Notes under the pieces: generated by a model | What the model was told of the DNA's origin: nothing | Databases searched by the model: none | What the model saw: only the letters and a program-made list of their open reading frames with translations | DNA from: Minisyncoccota bacterium | Lineage (GTDB): Bacteria > Patescibacteriota > Minisyncoccia > UBA6257 > JAGOQP01 | Assembly: GCA_017991375.1 (NCBI GenBank) | Contig: JAGOQP010000002.1 | Coordinates: 2,259 to 66,258, forward strand | Direction of reading: 5' to 3' | DNA length: 64,000 bases | Part shown: positions 35,586 through 44,882 of the stretch, piece after piece | Layout: the number at the start of each line of letters is the position of its first letter | How positions within the stretch are numbered: position 1 is the first letter of the stretch | Program-made: the position numbers and the translations under genes

Positions 35586-36155
35586 ATGAGACGCGTCTCG
35601 CGAATCGAGTTTTTGAAAAATGTGCATAGTGGTAATTTTTCAAATGCATTTACGGCATTCCTGTTTTCGTTTGGGTCGGTCGATATTCTACGAAAAAATT
35701 TGAGATCTATTGGAAATAATAGTTCGATAGATTGTCATGATGATGAGAGAAGAAAACTGAAAAGAAGATTTGATGTGGTTATGTGCCGTCTTAAAAAAGA
35801 TGGGATGATAAAAGAAGATGGGCATATAACAAAGAGGGGAATTATTTTTTTATCAAGTATTATTGGTCGTGAAAGTAAATATTTACCGACGCGATCATAT
35901 CAACATGGCAAAAGTGACACAATAACATTAGTCACATTTGATATCCCAGAAAAATATAAGAGATATCGCGAATGGTTACGGTTTGTTTTGCGAGATATGG
36001 GATTTTCGATGCTTCAGCGTAGTGTGTGGATAGGTAAAGTAAAAATTCCAAAGGAATTTTTGACGGATCTAAAAAACACTAAAATGATTCCATTCGTAGA
36101 AATAGTTGAAATCTCAAAACTCGGCTCTGTAGAAAGAATTTCCAATGCGGGATAA
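35586..36155 (+). CDS. winged-helix-like N-terminal domain fused to a Cas2-like C-terminal domain (orphan; PaaX-like architecture)
   Basis: C-terminus ITLVTFDIPEKYKRYREWLRFVLRDMGFSMLQRSVWIG aligns with Cas2 N-terminal beta-alpha-beta core (compare [38 protein letters not shown]); N-terminal ...RKLKRRFDVVMCRLKKDGMIKEDGHITKRG looks like a wHTH; no cas1/cas9 or CRISPR array in the window. Confidence 0.6.
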   Translation: MRRVSRIEFLKNVHSGNFSNAFTAFLFSFGSVDILRKNLRSIGNNSSIDCHDDERRKLKRRFDVVMCRLKKDGMIKEDGHITKRGIIFLSSIIGRESKYLPTRSYQHGKSDTITLVTFDIPEKYKRYREWLRFVLRDMGFSMLQRSVWIGKVKIPKEFLTDLKNTKMIPFVEIVEISKLGSVERISNAG

Positions 36156-36188
36156 TTTAAAAAAGTGATAAAAAAAGAAAACAAAGAG

Positions 36189-36224
36189 TGTTACAAAAAT
36201 TAGCGATCGCTAATTTTTGTAACA
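36189..36224. repeat. 36-bp perfect palindrome (copy 2 of GTTACAAAAATTAGCGATCGCTAATTTTTGTAAC)
   Basis: 34 bp downstream of the Cas2-like gene stop. Confidence 0.95.
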
Positions 36225-36356
36225 TGTGTAAAATTTGCCCTGCCATCAATTATGATAAGCTACAATAAATAATAGAAGACCATAGTAAACCATAAAAATA
36301 GAGCTTGATCGATACAAGCTCTATTTTTATAAGTGTTTTGGTGTTTCCGTACTGTT

Positions 36357-38216
36357 TTACAAATGTTTTTTGATCTCGTTCATAATATGATCACGCGTTG
36401 CGTCAATACTCATTTGTCCCAGTTGTCCTTTATGGTAACTGCGCACACTCACTGTATTTGTTTCTTTTTCTTTATCTCCCACTACCAGAATATAGGGCGC
36501 CTTGCTTAATTCTGCTTCACGAATGCGTTTTCCAAGCGTTTCATTCGCCTCGCTTATGGTGACGCGAATATCGTCTTCGCGTAATGCGCGCGCAACCGTA
36601 TCGGCATATGACGCGTGTTTCTCCGATATGGGGAGTATGGTTGCTTGAACGGGAGACAGCCATACGGGGAACGCGCCCGCGTAATGTTCAATAAGAAGGC
36701 CGATGAATCGTTCATATGATCCAAAAAGCGCGCGGTGCAACATGTACGGCTGTTCCGTTTTCCCCTCGTTGTTTATGAAATTCATTGCGAAACGAGAAGG
36801 AAGGTTAAAATCAAACTGTAGCGTGGAGCATTGCCATTGACGTCCGAGCGCGTCTTTTATTTTAAAATCCAGCTTAGGACCATAAAACGCTGCTTCGCCA
36901 ATTTCTTCGGTGAAATGCAATCTTTTTTCTTGTGCCACGGATCGTAATACGCTTTCTGCGAACCTCCATCCACTATCGTTGCCAACATACTTGGTTTTAT
37001 TCTTTGGATCGCGGAGCGAGAGATAAACCTGCACATCGTCGATAGAAAATCCAAAAGACGTATAGATGAACAAAATAAAATCAATTACGCGCTTGAGTTC
37101 GTCTTCGACTTGATCTTTGCGGCATATAATATGCGCGTCATCTTGGGTAAATCCTCGCACTCGTGTAAGCCCAGAAAGCTCTCCTTTCTTTTCAAATCGG
37201 TATACCGTGCCACACTCAGCCCAGCGGAAGGGGAATTCACGATACGAGCGCAGTTGGCCTTTATAGATTTGCACATGGAATGGACAGTTCATCGGCTTGA
37301 GTAGATATTCTTCGGACGCGGCAATTTTCTTTTTTTGTTGTCGCTCTTCAAGCGTTTGTCCCACTTCGAGCGGGGGATACATGGATTTATTGTAAAATCC
37401 CCAGTGTCCTGATGTTTCCCACAATGTTCTGCTACCAATGTGTGGCGTACGCACTAAATCATACCCTCCCTTTAGATGTTCCTTGTACCAAAACTCTTCA
37501 ATAACGCGCCACAATAGCGCTCCTTTTGGATGCCAGAGGGGGAGCCCTAGCCCCACCGCATCATCAAGATGAAACAGATCCAACTCTTTTCCTAGTTTTC
37601 GATGGTCTCGTTTTTCGGCTTCAGCAATACGTTCCAAGTACACATTGAGCTCTTTTTGGTTTACAAAAGCCACTCCATAAATACGAGCGAGCATCGCGTT
37701 CTTTTCATCTCCTCTCCAATATGCTCCCGCAATAGAACGAAGTTTAAATGCGAGCGGATCAATTTCGCTCGTGTGGGTTACGTGAGGACCAGAGCATAGA
37801 TCAACAAATATCTCCTGAGCATGCTTTCCCGTTCCACGTATGGTGCTGTATATTGAAATACTCTTTTTTGCTTTTTTTAGCTCGCTGATTAATTCCTTTT
37901 TATACGGAGCATTTTTAAACAACGTCGTTGCGCGCGCGGGAGTGATAATCTTTTTGGAAAACGTTACATTTTGTTGAATAAGTTCGCGCATTTTGTTTTC
38001 AATCCATTCCAAATCGGTATCGGAGATTGATGAGCCCTTGGTCTTAGCATACGCCGCAAAATCAAAATCATAATAAAACCCATTATCAATTACTGGCCCG
38101 ATAGCGAGTTTGACTTTCGGCCATCGCTCAAGCACAGCTGTCGCCATAAGATGCGAGAGAGAATGCCTTATTTTTTCAATTTGTTTTTCGCCGTTTGTAG
38201 ATATTTTTTTATTCAT
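36357..38216 (-). CDS. thrS: threonyl-tRNA synthetase
   Basis: Class II aaRS core and C-terminal anticodon-binding region ...HRALFGSYERFIGLLIEHYAGAFPVWLSPVQ; 619 aa. Confidence 0.9.
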   Translation of the reverse strand: MNKKISTNGEKQIEKIRHSLSHLMATAVLERWPKVKLAIGPVIDNGFYYDFDFAAYAKTKGSSISDTDLEWIENKMRELIQQNVTFSKKIITPARATTLFKNAPYKKELISELKKAKKSISIYSTIRGTGKHAQEIFVDLCSGPHVTHTSEIDPLAFKLRSIAGAYWRGDEKNAMLARIYGVAFVNQKELNVYLERIAEAEKRDHRKLGKELDLFHLDDAVGLGLPLWHPKGALLWRVIEEFWYKEHLKGGYDLVRTPHIGSRTLWETSGHWGFYNKSMYPPLEVGQTLEERQQKKKIAASEEYLLKPMNCPFHVQIYKGQLRSYREFPFRWAECGTVYRFEKKGELSGLTRVRGFTQDDAHIICRKDQVEDELKRVIDFILFIYTSFGFSIDDVQVYLSLRDPKNKTKYVGNDSGWRFAESVLRSVAQEKRLHFTEEIGEAAFYGPKLDFKIKDALGRQWQCSTLQFDFNLPSRFAMNFINNEGKTEQPYMLHRALFGSYERFIGLLIEHYAGAFPVWLSPVQATILPISEKHASYADTVARALREDDIRVTISEANETLGKRIREAELSKAPYILVVGDKEKETNTVSVRSYHKGQLGQMSIDATRDHIMNEIKKHL

Positions 38217-38251
38217 AGTGAATAAGAAAAGCGATATTGTGTATAGTATCT

Positions 38252-41200
38252 CTAGTTCAATTTTACTACTTGATCAACAATAATTTTTTGTTCTCCATCG
38301 CGAGGCGATGTCTTTCCTTGAATAATAACAATTGATCCTTCAGTCCACACGTCAGGTTTTCGTTCAAGTGTTTCTGAAAATACCACCACCTCTACAGTAT
38401 CGGTCATGTCTTCTATTTTTGCAAACAGCACGGGTTTATTGTTTTTACTGACTATTTTCTTAATTGTTGTTACTACTCCACCAATGCGAACCGATTTTCC
38501 TGATATGGGTGTTGGTGTGGCGACTAAATCGTGAATAGGTGTCGCTTTCTTTTGGGTAAAGAGATGGGCGTAGTGGTGAGCAGGATGTCCTGATATATAG
38601 AATCCCAATAGCTCACGTTCCCACAATAATCGCTGATCAGCCGTTGCTGGTTGTGTAGGGGCTAGAGAAAGTTGCATCCCATTAGTAATTGCCCCAAATA
38701 AATTGTGCTGTGATGCTTGCATGTGTTTTTTTAATTGTTGTGAACAGGCGAGTACGGTGTCCATATTATTCAAAATCGCGTTACGCTCTATGTTCAAAGA
38801 ATCGAATGCTCCTGATTTTGCTAAACTCTCGAGCGATTTTCTGTTGAGGTCCTTGTGTGTAATACGCGCAAGAACATCTTGAAAATTTAAAAACGGACCG
38901 CGGCGCTGGCGCTCTTGGATGATAGCGTCAACAATTCCCTCTCCTACATTTTTAATGGCGCCGAGTCCAAAACGAATAGATCCATTATCCGCGGTAAAGC
39001 GCGCGTAGCTTTGATTAATGTCGGGCGGAAGTACCGCGATTCCCATTTTTTTCGCCTCATCAACCAAAAAAGCGATGCGATCAATATCACCAGAGTCCGC
39101 GTTAAAAAGACTTACACCGAATTCAATAGGGTAATGCGTCTTAAGGTATGCGGTGCGATATGCGATGAACGCATAACATACAGCGTGGCTACGATTGAAT
39201 CCATATCGCGCAAAAGGAGGAAATAGCTCCCATATTGCTTTTGCTATTTTTACATCAAGCCCGTTGGCGGTCATACCGCTAATGAGTTTTTCTTTCTGTT
39301 CGTCAAGAAGCTCTTTTATTTTTTTTCCAATAGCTTTGCGCAGAGTGTCTGTTTGTGCCAATGTAAACCCCGCAACGTCGCGAGCGATCTGCATCATTTG
39401 TTCCTGATACACTCCAATGCCATATGTTTTTTTAAGAATGGGCTCCAGGAGCGGGTGAAGGTACGTCACTTCTTCTTTGCCATGCTTGCGAGCAATGTAT
39501 TGGGGTATAAGTTCAAGCGGCCCTGGGCGGTAGAGCGCAACCATAGCAATGATATCTTCCAATTCGGTCGGTTTTAACTCTTTTAGATACCGGCGCATGC
39601 CCGATGATTCCAATTGAAATACTCCAGTGGTATTCCCTGCCTGAAGGAGCGCGAATACACCCTGATCGTCTAATGGGATAGAAGAAATATCTATATCAAT
39701 TCCATAGGTGTCTCGTACTAAACGTAGAGTGTCTTCGATAATAGTAAGGTTTTTGAGTCCCAGTAAATCCATTTTGAGAATGCCAACCGCTTCAACGGAA
39801 TTACCCTCAAATTGGGTGATAATGGTGTTGGTATCTTGTGGAGCGTACTGTAGTGGCATGTACTGAGTCAGAGATCCTTTTGCGATCACGGTGCCACAAG
39901 CGTGTACCGATGCGTGACGCACCACGCCTTCAAGATGTTGAGCTGAATCAATTAATTTTTGCGCGTCAGGATTTGAATCATGTAATTTTTTAAGCTCCTC
40001 AACATTTTCAAGCGCCTCCTGAAGGGAATTGTTAAAAGGAATTAACTTGGCAATTTGATCGCAAAATCCATATGAAAATCCCAACGCTCGTCCGGTATCG
40101 CGGATTGCCGCGCGCGATGCCATTGTTCCGAAAGTAATAATCTGCGCGACGCTTTCTTTGCCGTACGTATCTTGCAAATAGCCAATTACTTCGTCTCGGC
40201 GTACGTCAGTAAAATCGATATCAATATCGGGCATCTGAATACGGTCGGGGTTTAAAAAACGTTCAAAAAGAAGGTTGTATTGTATGGGGTCGACGTCGGT
40301 AATCTTGAGGATGTAGGACACAATACTTCCCGCGGCGCTCCCACGTCCTGGGCCAACCGCAATTTTTCGTTCTTTTGCCCAGTTCACAAAATCTTGAACG
40401 ATCAGGAAGTAATCAATAAATCCCGTTTTTTCAATAACCGATAGTTCATAATTCAATCGATCCTGCACTTCTTGGGTGATAACGGGGTATCGTTGGTTGA
40501 TGCGTTCATTAATGAGGCGTTTTAAATATGAGGTATTGGTTTCTCCTGTGGGAATGGTAAATTCGGGCAAGATTGTTTTTCCTAACGCTATGTCAACAGA
40601 ACACAAATCGGCAATTTTTTGTGTATTTGAAATTGCTTCCGGCGTGGCTTTAAAAAGTTCCGTCATTTCTTCTGGGGAGCGCATAGAAAAATCTCCCGCA
40701 CGCAGAGTGAGTCGATCATCATCGGTGATTTTGTTTCCTGTCTGTACCGCAAGCAACACGTCATGATAAAACGAGTCCTCTTTCTTGATGTAGTGCATGT
40801 CCTGAGTAGCAACAAGAGGTAGACGGTACTCTTTGGCGAGTGCGACTAATTTGGGAATTGCCGCCATGACTTCGGGTATTTTTTCCTGATGCCAAATCTC
40901 AATGTAAAAGCGTTCATTGAAAATATGAAGATACTGTTCCAGCGCCGCGCGTGCCTGTTCGTCTTGGCCGCGTAGAAGCAGTCGGGCGATTTCTCCACTG
41001 GGACACCCCGAGAGCGCGATAATGCCCTCGCCGAGCTCTTTGAGTAATTCTTTGTCGGCGCGTGGTTTGTAATAAAATCCTTCAAAGTGAGAACGCGTAA
41101 TGAGTTGTAACAAATTGAGCCATCCCTGATTATTTTGTGCTAGCAGAGTGATATGGAAGTACTTATCATCTAGTCCGTTCTTATCAAACCGACTTTTGGG

Positions 41201-41410
41201 AGCGAGGTATGCCTCAACACCCATAATGGGCTTAACCCCCTCCTTGAGTGCCGCTTTGTAAAATTCTATGGCGCCGTATAAATTTCCATGATCGGTTAAA
41301 GCAAGTGCCTTCATCCCTAGACTCTTGGCTCGTTTGATCATATCTTCTGGCTTGGCGAGTCCGTCGAGCATTGAGTAGTAGCTATGGTTATGAAGATGGA
41401 CAAATGACAT
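38252..41410 (-). CDS. dnaE: DNA polymerase III alpha subunit
   Basis: PHP domain MSFVHLHNHSYYSMLDG at the N-terminus (start taken at this ATG, not the upstream ATG of the printed ORF); about 1050 aa. Confidence 0.9.
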   Translation of the reverse strand: MSFVHLHNHSYYSMLDGLAKPEDMIKRAKSLGMKALALTDHGNLYGAIEFYKAALKEGVKPIMGVEAYLAPKSRFDKNGLDDKYFHITLLAQNNQGWLNLLQLITRSHFEGFYYKPRADKELLKELGEGIIALSGCPSGEIARLLLRGQDEQARAALEQYLHIFNERFYIEIWHQEKIPEVMAAIPKLVALAKEYRLPLVATQDMHYIKKEDSFYHDVLLAVQTGNKITDDDRLTLRAGDFSMRSPEEMTELFKATPEAISNTQKIADLCSVDIALGKTILPEFTIPTGETNTSYLKRLINERINQRYPVITQEVQDRLNYELSVIEKTGFIDYFLIVQDFVNWAKERKIAVGPGRGSAAGSIVSYILKITDVDPIQYNLLFERFLNPDRIQMPDIDIDFTDVRRDEVIGYLQDTYGKESVAQIITFGTMASRAAIRDTGRALGFSYGFCDQIAKLIPFNNSLQEALENVEELKKLHDSNPDAQKLIDSAQHLEGVVRHASVHACGTVIAKGSLTQYMPLQYAPQDTNTIITQFEGNSVEAVGILKMDLLGLKNLTIIEDTLRLVRDTYGIDIDISSIPLDDQGVFALLQAGNTTGVFQLESSGMRRYLKELKPTELEDIIAMVALYRPGPLELIPQYIARKHGKEEVTYLHPLLEPILKKTYGIGVYQEQMMQIARDVAGFTLAQTDTLRKAIGKKIKELLDEQKEKLISGMTANGLDVKIAKAIWELFPPFARYGFNRSHAVCYAFIAYRTAYLKTHYPIEFGVSLFNADSGDIDRIAFLVDEAKKMGIAVLPPDINQSYARFTADNGSIRFGLGAIKNVGEGIVDAIIQERQRRGPFLNFQDVLARITHKDLNRKSLESLAKSGAFDSLNIERNAILNNMDTVLACSQQLKKHMQASQHNLFGAITNGMQLSLAPTQPATADQRLLWERELLGFYISGHPAHHYAHLFTQKKATPIHDLVATPTPISGKSVRIGGVVTTIKKIVSKNNKPVLFAKIEDMTDTVEVVVFSETLERKPDVWTEGSIVIIQGKTSPRDGEQKIIVDQVVKLN

Positions 41411-41434
41411 AGAGGTGAGATGAGAGTGATTAGG

Positions 41435-41470
41435 CCCTCCTGCGTCCACCTACGGCGGACTACGGAAGGG
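41435..41470 (-). repeat. REP-like hairpin element, copy 4
   Basis: Reverse complement CCCTTCCGTAGTCCGCCGTAGGTGGACGCAGGAGGG; just upstream of the dnaE start. Confidence 0.75.
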
Positions 41471-41717
41471 TGAATGAAAAGCGAGGAAATTGATTAGAAA
41501 AAGTATCTTCCAATGGGTATGTATTTAGTAGGTTTTGGAGAGATATATTGGATAAAGCATAGCCAGACAAAACACGGAATCTATAACAGGATAGGAACAT
41601 TATACGGTCATCGGGAATAATTCGCAAAAGAGGAATTGACGTATATTTTCTGATGTGATAAAACAATTTCTAGTTCTTTGGCGCGCTATCTCAAGCGATA
41701 GAAAGGAGTTTGCCACC

Positions 41718-42203
41718 ATGGGCAATAGGAATGGTAAAAGAGCTGGTCTGAAACGATACGCTCTCGGACTTATGCGCGACCTTCTCTTTCCTCAAGGAGT
41801 TGATTCAAGAAAAAGATTGGTGCAAAAACGCTTAGCGGAGATATTTGACGCATGTGATCTTTACGCTTGCGAACATAATATCGAATCTGGTGCCGCGACT
41901 CGCGTGGTGTTGCAGGTTATCATTCTTGAAATGGCGGCGGTATTATCCCTCGCTTTCAGTAAGTATATGCAAGATCAGCGTGAAAAGGGTATTAGAGGTC
42001 GCTTGTCAGAACGAGAGATGCTAGTGATCTTTGAGGAAATTCGTTCTCTTTTGGCGCGCAAAGCCGAAGACGATATGATTAAGGAGAATGAGAGATTGTT
42101 TAAACGCGGGGCGCGCGATCGCCGAAGCAATCTCCCCCCTCAAATATGGGGAGGAAGTTATGTGAAGGGATATTTTGACAGTACGATTGGGGAAGGCGAA
42201 TAA
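41718..42203 (+). CDS. hypothetical protein (161 aa)
   Basis: Start at MGNRNGK preceded by AAAGGAG; higher GC than neighbours. Confidence 0.45.
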   Translation: MGNRNGKRAGLKRYALGLMRDLLFPQGVDSRKRLVQKRLAEIFDACDLYACEHNIESGAATRVVLQVIILEMAAVLSLAFSKYMQDQREKGIRGRLSEREMLVIFEEIRSLLARKAEDDMIKENERLFKRGARDRRSNLPPQIWGGSYVKGYFDSTIGEGE

Positions 42204-42215
42204 GGGAGGTGATCT

Positions 42216-42521
42216 ATGGCACGACTGGATCGCGAAGACGAAGTTATCGTTGGTCGTATTGTTGAGGCCGTAGAAAGAATGTGCTCTCAGGTTGTTAAGA
42301 TTATGCACAAACCAGGCAAGAAAATCGCCGTCGTCATAGACACAAAAGAAGCAAATCGCCTTATCACTCTGTGTTCGGTGAATATCGCTGGAGCGACTCC
42401 CAGCGTATCACTCATTCAGATTGAGGACGCACTCAAAGAGGCACTCAAATCAGCAATGTGCAAAAAGGTTAGCTCGTGTCTTACTAAAGAGTTGGCTGAT
42501 AACCGATACAGACCTTTCTAG
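42216..42521 (+). CDS. hypothetical protein (101 aa)
   Basis: AAGGGAGG ribosome-binding site upstream; pairs with the preceding gene. Confidence 0.45.
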   Translation: MARLDREDEVIVGRIVEAVERMCSQVVKIMHKPGKKIAVVIDTKEANRLITLCSVNIAGATPSVSLIQIEDALKEALKSAMCKKVSSCLTKELADNRYRPF

Positions 42522-42590
42522 CACGCATAGCACATCACGCCCCCAATCGCGCATCGGGGGTTTTGTTTTATAGAGACAAAAAGGTACAAT

Positions 42591-43265
42591 GTGCTGGTGA
42601 AAAAAGAAAAGTACGATATGATTGTGGGGATTGATGAAGTTGGGCGAGGTCCACTTGCTGGTTCTGTGTGTGTTGGCGCGGTGGTGCTTACCAAAGAGCA
42701 ACACAAACGTCTTACTATTCATCAACGAAATAAAACGCGCCCCAATAAATTCTCTAAAAATTTTCCAGGAGTTTTGCGCGATTCAAAGAAACTCTCAGAA
42801 TCTCAGCGAAAAGAATGGGTGTTCTGGATAAGAAAAAACAAGATTACACACACAACAGCATCTGTTTCCCACGCGGTTATAGACGCTACCACTATCACGC
42901 GCGCATGCAATCGCGCGGCGCAAAAAGTATACGACACAGTAGCGCGAACAATAAAAAAAGGTGCGCGCGTGCTCGTCATTGCCGATGGATCACTCATGGT
43001 AAGAACCCACAACATCGCCACCATATTTAGACATTTCCCCAAGGCGGACGAAACGGTGTCGGCTGTTTCTCTTGCCTCCATTGTTGCTAAAGTATCACGA
43101 GATGCGGCAATGATACGTCTAGCAAAAAAATATCCCCAATATGGATTTGATGAGCACAAAGGATATGGCACGCAAAAACATATTCACGCGATAAAAAAAC
43201 ACGGACCCTCTCCGATTCACCGTGCAGGTTTTTTAAAAAATATCTGCACGAGACCGATTAAATAG
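42591..43265 (+). CDS. rnhB: ribonuclease HII
   Basis: IVGIDEVGRGPLAGSVCVGAVVL. Confidence 0.9.
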   Translation: MLVKKEKYDMIVGIDEVGRGPLAGSVCVGAVVLTKEQHKRLTIHQRNKTRPNKFSKNFPGVLRDSKKLSESQRKEWVFWIRKNKITHTTASVSHAVIDATTITRACNRAAQKVYDTVARTIKKGARVLVIADGSLMVRTHNIATIFRHFPKADETVSAVSLASIVAKVSRDAAMIRLAKKYPQYGFDEHKGYGTQKHIHAIKKHGPSPIHRAGFLKNICTRPIK

Positions 43266-43466
43266 ATAAAGGGTATTAGGCGCGGTTAAGTGGGTAGTGG
43301 TGTGCGCCATTCTACTCCACGCGTTACACTTTTGTCTTATTATCTGTTTGACTTTACTGTTTGTATCACGTACTATTAACCTTGCTTAGGGGCGAAAGTG
43401 CTTTTTAAGTAAGTTTTTAGAAGCTTTCTTGTTGATGAGCACTTCTTATCGCCCACGTCCACTATT

Positions 43467-43640
43467 ATGGGAGGAGTACCAACAAAACATCATACACGGT
43501 CTAAGACAGGCAATCGTCGGTCACACTTGGCTCTTAAACCAAGGACAGTTTTGGTATGCCCTGAATGCAAGCACCCGACCGCGCCGCATCGTGCCTGTTC
43601 AAATTGTGGTGTGTACAAAGGAAAGAAAATCGCCAAATAA
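43467..43640 (+). CDS. rpmF: 50S ribosomal protein L32
   Basis: MGGVPTKHHTRSKTGNRRSHLALKPRTVLVCPECKHPTAPHRACSNCGVYKGKKIAK (57 aa, Cys4 zinc ribbon); not on the ORF track (<60 aa). Confidence 0.8.
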   Translation: MGGVPTKHHTRSKTGNRRSHLALKPRTVLVCPECKHPTAPHRACSNCGVYKGKKIAK

Positions 43641-43679
43641 GACGCCGTTTCATCTCCGGCTGTTTTCACTTGTTATATT

Positions 43680-44150
43680 ATGGCTACTCGTCATTTAGCA
43701 CGTTCCATCGTTTTACAATCTCTGTATGAGTGGGACTTTTGTGACAAAAAGCCCGATCTAGTGGAGATTGTTGAACGTAACATGGAAGAATTCGGACCCG
43801 GCATCAACGAGCCCGAGTTTGTGTGGAAAATGGTTAGGGGCATTATAGAAAACATAGCGGCTATTGATGGGATTATTTCAAAATCCGCCGTAGAGTGGCC
43901 GTTTGATCAAATAACTATTATTGATCGTAATGTATTGCGTATCGGCGTGTACGAACTTTTGTACGCTGATCGCGCCGAGGTTCCGTACAAAGTAGCTATT
44001 AACGAAGCGATTGAATTGGCGAAGAATTATGGGGGTATTAATTCGGGTAAGTTTGTGAATGGCGTACTAGGTACGGTGTTTAAACAAATAGAAAGTGTAA
44101 CCGAACAAAAATCTCACCCTGCCGATACTCACGAACCAGAGAAAAAATAA
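43680..44150 (+). CDS. nusB: transcription antitermination factor NusB
   Basis: [18 protein letters not shown]... Confidence 0.85.
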   Translation: MATRHLARSIVLQSLYEWDFCDKKPDLVEIVERNMEEFGPGINEPEFVWKMVRGIIENIAAIDGIISKSAVEWPFDQITIIDRNVLRIGVYELLYADRAEVPYKVAINEAIELAKNYGGINSGKFVNGVLGTVFKQIESVTEQKSHPADTHEPEKK

Positions 44151-44180
44151 TCGAGCAGATAGTAACCACACGTATTTTGT

Positions 44181-44882
44181 ATGGCGCACGATATTGATCA
44201 ACTGCAGAGTCGTATTGGAATTGTTTTCAAAAATAGCAGCATTCTCAAGGAGGCACTGACGCACCGTTCATACCTGAACGAGAATCCTTCGTGGGAACTT
44301 CCACATAATGAACGTCTTGAATTTCTTGGAGACGCGGTGTTGGAATTGGTTATTACTGAAAATCTTTTTCATGTCTATCCTCAGCATGACGAGGGACGTC
44401 TTACGAGTATTCGCGCGGCGTTGGTAAACTATATATCACTGGCACGCTGTGCGCGAGACATTGAATTAGAAAATTATTTACTTCTTTCGCGTGGGGAGGA
44501 AAAGGATACCGGAAAGGCGCGGGAGGTCATTTTGGCAAACGCATTTGAAGCGTTACTAGGAGCTCTCTATGTTGACCAGGGATATGAGCACACCGCGGAA
44601 TTCATCAAGCGTACAGTGTTTATTTACGCCGACGAGATTATAAAAAACGATCTCTATAAGGACGCAAAAAGCAATTTTCAAGAATTGGCTCAGGATAAAC
44701 AACGTATTACGCCGACCTATCAAGTCCTTGATGAGGTTGGTCCAGAGCATAAAAAAATATTTCGTGTTGGCGTGTTTTTGAAAGATAAAAAAATCGCCGA
44801 GGGAGAGGGGACTTCAAAACAAGAAGCCGAGATTGAAGCAGCAAGAAACGCTCTTTATGTTTTTAAAACGACTCGAGATTAA
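44181..44882 (+). CDS. rnc: ribonuclease III
   Basis: ERLEFLGDAVLELVITENLF signature; C-terminal dsRBD. Confidence 0.9.
   Translation: MAHDIDQLQSRIGIVFKNSSILKEALTHRSYLNENPSWELPHNERLEFLGDAVLELVITENLFHVYPQHDEGRLTSIRAALVNYISLARCARDIELENYLLLSRGEEKDTGKAREVILANAFEALLGALYVDQGYEHTAEFIKRTVFIYADEIIKNDLYKDAKSNFQELAQDKQRITPTYQVLDEVGPEHKKIFRVGVFLKDKKIAEGEGTSKQEAEIEAARNALYVFKTTRD

Noticed and set aside
44833-44856. SMC start at 44833, overlapping rnc by 50 nt
   Set aside because: The in-frame ATG at 44857 (MFLKRLEINGFKSF...) matches the canonical SMC N-terminus and reduces the overlap, so the upstream start is less likely.
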